NCBI GenBank assembly: GCA_949292335.1
Contig: CASEYY010000031.1
Coordinates: forward strand, 1,075-65,074
Source: an uncultured Pseudomonadota bacterium
Lineage (GTDB): Bacteria; Pseudomonadota; Alphaproteobacteria; RF32; CAG-239
Direction: 5' to 3'
Length of the DNA: 64,000 nt
The notes under the pieces: model-generated
Told to the model about the DNA's origin: nothing
The model's database searches: none
What the model saw: the letters and a program-made list of their open reading frames with translations, nothing else
Part shown: positions 59,062-64,000 of the stretch, piece after piece
Layout of the letters: the number at the start of each line of letters is the position of its first letter
Numbering within the stretch: the stretch's first letter is position 1
Made by a program: the position numbers and the translations under genes

Positions 59062-61491
59062 TTAGTCTTTATTTGCCGGTTCGATTCTCATGGCATAGAA
59101 AGAACGCCATACAAAAATCAATCCCAGAACAAAGAAGGCGATTCCCAACCCCATAGATACGCACTTCGGAGCTGCCACGGCCATTTCAACCGCCAGCAAA
59201 CCGAACAAAGTAGTAAATTTGATAATCGGGTTCAAGGCCACCGATGAAGTATCCTTGTAAGGATCACCGACGGTATCGCCGACCACCGAAGCATCATGCA
59301 ACGGGGTACCTTTTTCATTCAAATCAACCTCGACCACTTTTTTGGCATTATCCCAAGCACCACCGGCATTAGCCATATACAAAGCTTGGAACAACCCAAA
59401 CACGGCAATCGAAATCAAATAGCTGGCGAATAAATTTGCATCAAAGCAAGCAAAAGCAATCGTGAAAGAGAAGATCACGATAAAGATGTTAAACATACCC
59501 TTTTGTGCATACAAAGTACAAATTTGTACCACTTTCTTTGAATCCTCGATTGAAGCCGCTTTAGCGGTATTAAGCTTAATGTGTTTTTTAATGTAGTTAA
59601 CCGCACGATAAGCTCCGGTCGAAACGGCTTGCATTGAAGCTCCCGAGAACCAGAAAATTACCGCACCGCCCAAGATAATACCGAACAGTACTTCGGGGTC
59701 TAAGAGGTTAAGTTGCAGATTGAGCAACAAGATGATTGAGAAAATCATGGTTGTAGCACCGATAACCGCTGTTCCGATTAATACCGGTTTGGCAGTAGCC
59801 TTAAAGGTATTTCCGGCAGAATCGTTTTCTTCCAAGAAATGTTTACCTTTTTCAAAATCGGGCTTAAAGCCATAATCTTTTTCAATTTCTTTATCTATAC
59901 CTTTGATAGCTTCAATTTGCGACAACTCAAAAACCGATTGAGCGTTATCGGTCACCGGTCCGTAAGAGTCAACGGCAATGGTAACAGGCCCCATACCAAG
60001 CATACCGAAAGCCACCAAACCAAAGGCAAATACGGTAGGATAGACCATAAATCCGTCCAATCCGTTGCGGGCGGTAAAGAAAGCAATAGCCATCAAACCG
60101 ACCATAACCAAGCCTTGCCAAAAAGCCGAGAAGTTACCGGCGACAATACCGGAGATAATATTAAGAGAAGCACCGGCTTCGCGTGAAGCATTGACCACTT
60201 CTTCAACATGCTTAGATTTTGAAGAGGTAAAGATTTTGGTAAATTCGGGAATTAAGGCGGCGGCTAAGGTACCGCAAGAAATAATAACCGAAAGCTTCCA
60301 CCATAAATTCTCGTCCATATCGCCAATCATCACATAAGAAACGCCGAAAGTAACCAAAATCGAAATGATTGAGGTCAACCAAATCAAAGATGTCAGCGGA
60401 GTTTCAAAGTTGAAAGCATCTTTTTTGCCGAAAGCCAATTTAGAGAACACGCCGTTTAACCAATAAGAAACAACCGAAGTCAAAATCATCAGCAATCTCA
60501 TGGCAAAAATCCATACGATTAATCTGGCCTGAATATCGATTCCGTTTTGCATCATGACCAAATCACCGTTTGCGGCATACATCATACCGGCACCCAAAAC
60601 GATGAAGCTGATTAAAGCCACGCCGGTCACACCATATGTTTCAAAACCATCGGCGGTAGGTCCGACCGAGTCACCGGCATTGTCACCGGTACAATCGGCA
60701 ATAACGCCGGGATTTCTGGCATCATCTTCATCAATTTTGAAAATAATTTTCATCAAATCGGCACCGATATCGGCAATTTTGGTAAAGATACCGCCGCAAA
60801 TACGCAAAGCCGAAGCACCGAGCGATTCGCCGATGGCAAAACCGATAAAGCAGGCACCGGCGTTTTCTTTATCTACAAACAAGAGGATGGAAATCATCAT
60901 AACCAATTCGACGCAGATTAGTAAAACACCGATTGACATGCCCGAACGCAAAGGCAAGTTCATTACCGGATAAGGCTTTCCTTTTAATGACATAAACGCA
61001 GTACGGGAATTTGCATAAGTATTAATTCTCATACCGAACCAAGCCACCGTATAAGAGCCCAAAATACCCAAGATTGACCAAGCCAAGACGGTCAATACCT
61101 TAGGCAACGGAGTAGCGTTCAAGTAATAAAAGTAGTAGAAAATGCAGGCGGCAATAAACACCTCCAAAACCACCAACAATTTAGCCTGTTGCTTCATATA
61201 AGTTTTGCAAGTTTCGTAAATGGTATGCGAAACATTAAGCATAGCTTTATGAGCCGGCATTCTTTTAATACCGACAAATTCATACAAACCGAATAACAAA
61301 CCGAAAGCACAAATTGCCAACCCATAGAGCAAGATATGAGATCCGGTAATTGCATATCCGAAGATGTTATAAGAGACATCAAGCGACGGAATTCGCAAAT
61401 CGATTTCCGAAGCCAAAGCCGCGTTGGTCATAGCCAAAAAAGCGGCCATTGCCCAAGCGAATATATTTTTTCCTTTTTTTAGGTTTATCAT
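59062..61491 (-). CDS. hppA: membrane-bound H+(or Na+)-translocating pyrophosphatase
   Basis: GGIFTKIADIGADL, DDPRNP-like (DDARNPGVIADCTGDNAGDSVGPTADGFE) and D.VGDPYKDT motifs. 809 aa, ~16 TM segments. Confidence 0.92.
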   Translation of the reverse strand: MINLKKGKNIFAWAMAAFLAMTNAALASEIDLRIPSLDVSYNIFGYAITGSHILLYGLAICAFGLLFGLYEFVGIKRMPAHKAMLNVSHTIYETCKTYMKQQAKLLVVLEVFIAACIFYYFYYLNATPLPKVLTVLAWSILGILGSYTVAWFGMRINTYANSRTAFMSLKGKPYPVMNLPLRSGMSIGVLLICVELVMMISILLFVDKENAGACFIGFAIGESLGASALRICGGIFTKIADIGADLMKIIFKIDEDDARNPGVIADCTGDNAGDSVGPTADGFETYGVTGVALISFIVLGAGMMYAANGDLVMMQNGIDIQARLIVWIFAMRLLMILTSVVSYWLNGVFSKLAFGKKDAFNFETPLTSLIWLTSIISILVTFGVSYVMIGDMDENLWWKLSVIISCGTLAAALIPEFTKIFTSSKSKHVEEVVNASREAGASLNIISGIVAGNFSAFWQGLVMVGLMAIAFFTARNGLDGFMVYPTVFAFGLVAFGMLGMGPVTIAVDSYGPVTDNAQSVFELSQIEAIKGIDKEIEKDYGFKPDFEKGKHFLEENDSAGNTFKATAKPVLIGTAVIGATTMIFSIILLLNLQLNLLDPEVLFGIILGGAVIFWFSGASMQAVSTGAYRAVNYIKKHIKLNTAKAASIEDSKKVVQICTLYAQKGMFNIFIVIFSFTIAFACFDANLFASYLISIAVFGLFQALYMANAGGAWDNAKKVVEVDLNEKGTPLHDASVVGDTVGDPYKDTSSVALNPIIKFTTLFGLLAVEMAVAAPKCVSMGLGIAFFVLGLIFVWRSFYAMRIEPANKD

Positions 61492-61637
61492 ATCAGATTT
61501 CCTTAAATACGATTAATCCACAAACTATAATTATAACAGGACAACCGACCCGAAAGCCGGCCATCGATTCGTCATGTTATGGCTTTAAGATACTGCCGAG
61601 AGTCTAAATAATCGGTTAAACAACGGCTGATTCTTTT

Positions 61638-62198
61638 TTATATCATGGTAAAAAGAGCAATAAACAATACCGTATACATCACCACGCCCAGAAAATGGGA
61701 ACGTGCAACTTTAAAATCGGTTGAAGACGGCATCGAATTTTCAATAATAATCGTCTGTAATAATACATAAAGGGTATAGTTAACAAACGATGGCGTAATC
61801 GCCGGCAATATATAGCGGTTAATATAAAAACCGATGGGTAACAACAGCAACGGGGCCAAAGCCGCGGGCACGGCATTATAGAAAGTGATATTGGTAAACC
61901 CGACACTACCCATCACATAATTGCCGTCTATATTTCTTTTAGGGATAAGAGAAAAGTTACACGGTTTGGCATTCATAATCAAGCCGACCGAAAAATGCAT
62001 TAACTCATGCAAAATAGTCCCCGGAATATTAATCAATGCACTCATAAACATAGAGCTGTAGGTTGCGTTTTTCAGGTGCACCAATATTATCACCAACAAA
62101 ATCATATAAAAACGATTATTAAAAAAAGTCTGTAAAAAAGAATAAGAATTAATATACTCCCAAAACGTCAAGAAGCTGTAATAAATTTGCTCCGTCAT
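61638..62198 (-). CDS. polytopic membrane protein with HExxH motif (putative zincin-like membrane metallopeptidase, DUF3267-like)
   Basis: ILHELMHFSVGL sits at the edge of a TM segment. 4-5 TM helices. Adjacent to, and contiguous with, the tetR gene. Confidence 0.4.
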   Translation of the reverse strand: MTEQIYYSFLTFWEYINSYSFLQTFFNNRFYMILLVIILVHLKNATYSSMFMSALINIPGTILHELMHFSVGLIMNAKPCNFSLIPKRNIDGNYVMGSVGFTNITFYNAVPAALAPLLLLPIGFYINRYILPAITPSFVNYTLYVLLQTIIIENSMPSSTDFKVARSHFLGVVMYTVLFIALFTMI

Positions 62199-62837
62199 TT
62201 ATTTAGTCTCCTCCAGACTTGCCAAGCCGGCAATATAAGTATTCATCAACAATTTACACAAAGTTTCTTTATTTAAGTTTGATTTCGCATTGAGCTTATT
62301 ATTGAGCAGATAACCGCTCATGGCAAACAGAGCCATTTCCAAGACTTTTATGGCCAATCTTTTTTCTTTTGCCGACATTTTCTTGATAAGGGGGACGACC
62401 TGAAAACTGATAAGAATATCAATTTTTTTAATAATACGAGCTTCGGCTATTGTGGTTTTAAAAACGTCCGCCGACAAATGCCGATTAAACAGCAATGCCC
62501 ACAAATTAGGATTAGCGATAATGTATGAAGCCAAGACATCGGCATACCGATTAAGATTATTAAAAGCATTTTTTGACAAGGTTAAAGAGTTCATTTTATT
62601 GTAGAGCTCATTTAATGTCATCACATTTTGTTCGGCGATATAATTATCCATGGTAGCAAAAATATTATAAATCATTCCCACGGAAGAATTTGCTGCTTGA
62701 GCCAATTTTCTGGCACTCAAGGCATTAATTCCTTCATTTATCACCAATTTTCTGCCACATTTCAGTAAAGCTTCTTTGGTCTTGTTTCTGACAAAAGCTT
62801 TTAATCTGGCATCTTTATCGTCAATCATGTTTTTCAC
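62199..62837 (-). CDS. TetR-family transcriptional regulator
   Basis: N-terminal HTH ...EGINALSARKLAQAANSSVGMIYNIF. 212 aa. Confidence 0.7.
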   Translation of the reverse strand: MKNMIDDKDARLKAFVRNKTKEALLKCGRKLVINEGINALSARKLAQAANSSVGMIYNIFATMDNYIAEQNVMTLNELYNKMNSLTLSKNAFNNLNRYADVLASYIIANPNLWALLFNRHLSADVFKTTIAEARIIKKIDILISFQVVPLIKKMSAKEKRLAIKVLEMALFAMSGYLLNNKLNAKSNLNKETLCKLLMNTYIAGLASLEETK

Positions 62838-62940
62838 AGTCTGATAAAAAACTTGTAACTATTCCGAATAAATATATATATACTAAACACATAATGAATT
62901 ATGTTTCAAACGAAATTTAAGAGATTTTCAGGGGATTGTT

Positions 62941-63792
62941 ATGAAAAAGGCAATAATTATACTCGGTTTAACCTTCTTTTTGCCATCAATAGCCGCAAGT
63001 CAGGACAACGGATTTTCCAAAGACATATTGTTTGATCCTTCGGCTCCGTCGGCAACCGCCACACAGGAACAAAACTTAAATACCGAAGAAAATATATCAG
63101 ATGCCGTCAACTCGGCCCGTGATTTACTCAATCAAAAACCGTTAAAATTACGGCAACAAAAATTTCCGGAATTTAAAAGCCGCACTTTGAGTAACAACAC
63201 ATCTTCCTCGCCGGCTCAAGAGCTTGACGGAGCTCCGTTTGGATTATACTGGTCATCAACCATGGACAACACCCGCAATCAGGGGGTAACCCTCACCCCG
63301 GTTGAAATGGAAGACTATGTTAACAGTTTTCTGGCCGGTAATTTACCCAAACCGATAGACTTTTTTGAACGCGTCTATGTCACCTATGGCGAAGAAAACA
63401 AGCTGTACCGCATCTTGGCATACAGTAAATTGATAGATGACGACGCATCCGCCTCAAAGATTTTGAAAGAATATAACACCTACTCCGATTATCTAAACAA
63501 AAAATACGGCAACAAACAAGAAGATTTCACTCCCGCCGTAATCAGCAAAACCATTACTAATGCTCAAGGCAAGGAAGAAACCGTTACGGAGAATGCTCCG
63601 ATAGGTAATCCGGAATTTTTATCACAACTTTTATCCGGTGATGCAGTCTTATTTTCCACCTATTACAACAACGATATTGCGGCCGCTTTGAGCATAGGTG
63701 TTGACGGCGACAAAAAAACCTATATAGTGATAGACTACAAAAATTTGGAAATATTAAAAAAACAAGAAGCGGAAACTCTTGACGCATTATAA
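62941..63792 (+). CDS. secreted hypothetical protein (signal peptide, 283 aa)
   Basis: MKKAIIILGLTFFLPSIAAS signal peptide. No recognisable domain. Confidence 0.5.
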   Translation: MKKAIIILGLTFFLPSIAASQDNGFSKDILFDPSAPSATATQEQNLNTEENISDAVNSARDLLNQKPLKLRQQKFPEFKSRTLSNNTSSSPAQELDGAPFGLYWSSTMDNTRNQGVTLTPVEMEDYVNSFLAGNLPKPIDFFERVYVTYGEENKLYRILAYSKLIDDDASASKILKEYNTYSDYLNKKYGNKQEDFTPAVISKTITNAQGKEETVTENAPIGNPEFLSQLLSGDAVLFSTYYNNDIAAALSIGVDGDKKTYIVIDYKNLEILKKQEAETLDAL

Positions 63793-63812
63793 GGATAAGG
63801 ACTTTTAACAGG

Positions 63813-64000
63813 ATGAAAAAGATAGCATTTAGCGGTGCAGCCGGCAACGGTATCAGTCCGCTTGAACAAATTATGGCCCTTAAGGGATATGAAGTATACG
63901 GTTCCGATTACAGCTTTGATATCGGCAAAGACGCCGACCGTAAGCAAGCACTAGAAGATGTTGGAATTAAAATTGTTAAGCAAGACGGCTCCGGTATAAC
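63813..64000 (+). CDS. Mur-ligase-family N-terminal domain protein (MurC/Mpl-like), 3'-partial
   Basis: MKKIAFSGAAGNGISPLEQIMALKGYEVYGSD resembles MurC/Mpl N-termini (hIGIGG.GMS.LA..L...G..V.GSD). Runs off the window end. Confidence 0.3.
   Translation, partial: MKKIAFSGAAGNGISPLEQIMALKGYEVYGSDYSFDIGKDADRKQALEDVGIKIVKQDGSGI

Overview
The window is a gene-dense bacterial chromosomal segment of roughly 40% GC. Its gene order and content look alphaproteobacterial and Rickettsiales/Holosporales-like, which is an inference from the rplY-pth-ychF and nusA-ylxR/L7Ae-infB arrangements, the tol-pal remnants and the thin metabolism. Confidently recognisable housekeeping genes include groES/groEL, htpG, typA/bipA, pnp-rpsO-truB, rbfA, ftsK, smpB, tilS, cpoB-pal, trmL, ychF, pth, rplY, infB, nusA, rimP, lptF/G, cysK, gmk, yicC, murJ, nfu, gloB, fabG, ampG and the membrane H+-pyrophosphatase hppA. 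Interspersed with these are accessory-looking loci. These are a 5'-truncated flagellin-family gene, a classical autotransporter, a GH13 debranching enzyme, a BacNaV-like ion channel and a prepilin peptidase. They also include a GAF/HD-GYP protein, a Sel1-repeat protein, a TetR regulator with an HExxH membrane protein, a GNAT plus AstE/AspA pair behind an attenuator-like leader, and several domain-less hypothetical proteins, one of them 560 aa and basic at its N-terminus. I found no rRNA, tRNA or CRISPR. The least ordinary content is non-coding. A dispersed hairpin element has a conserved core (AGTGTAC-N-GGTACATGA) and covarying outer stems, and it recurs at four or more intergenic loci and inside a 106-bp tandem array. 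There are two clusters of REP-like palindromic repeats, one holding a perfect 38-bp x3 tandem. There is a 32-bp perfect direct repeat pair in the rimP-nusA-infB leader, and a leader-peptide/terminator-antiterminator arrangement upstream of the GNAT-deacylase operon. All calls come from reading the sequence and the supplied ORF translations. No database searches were run.
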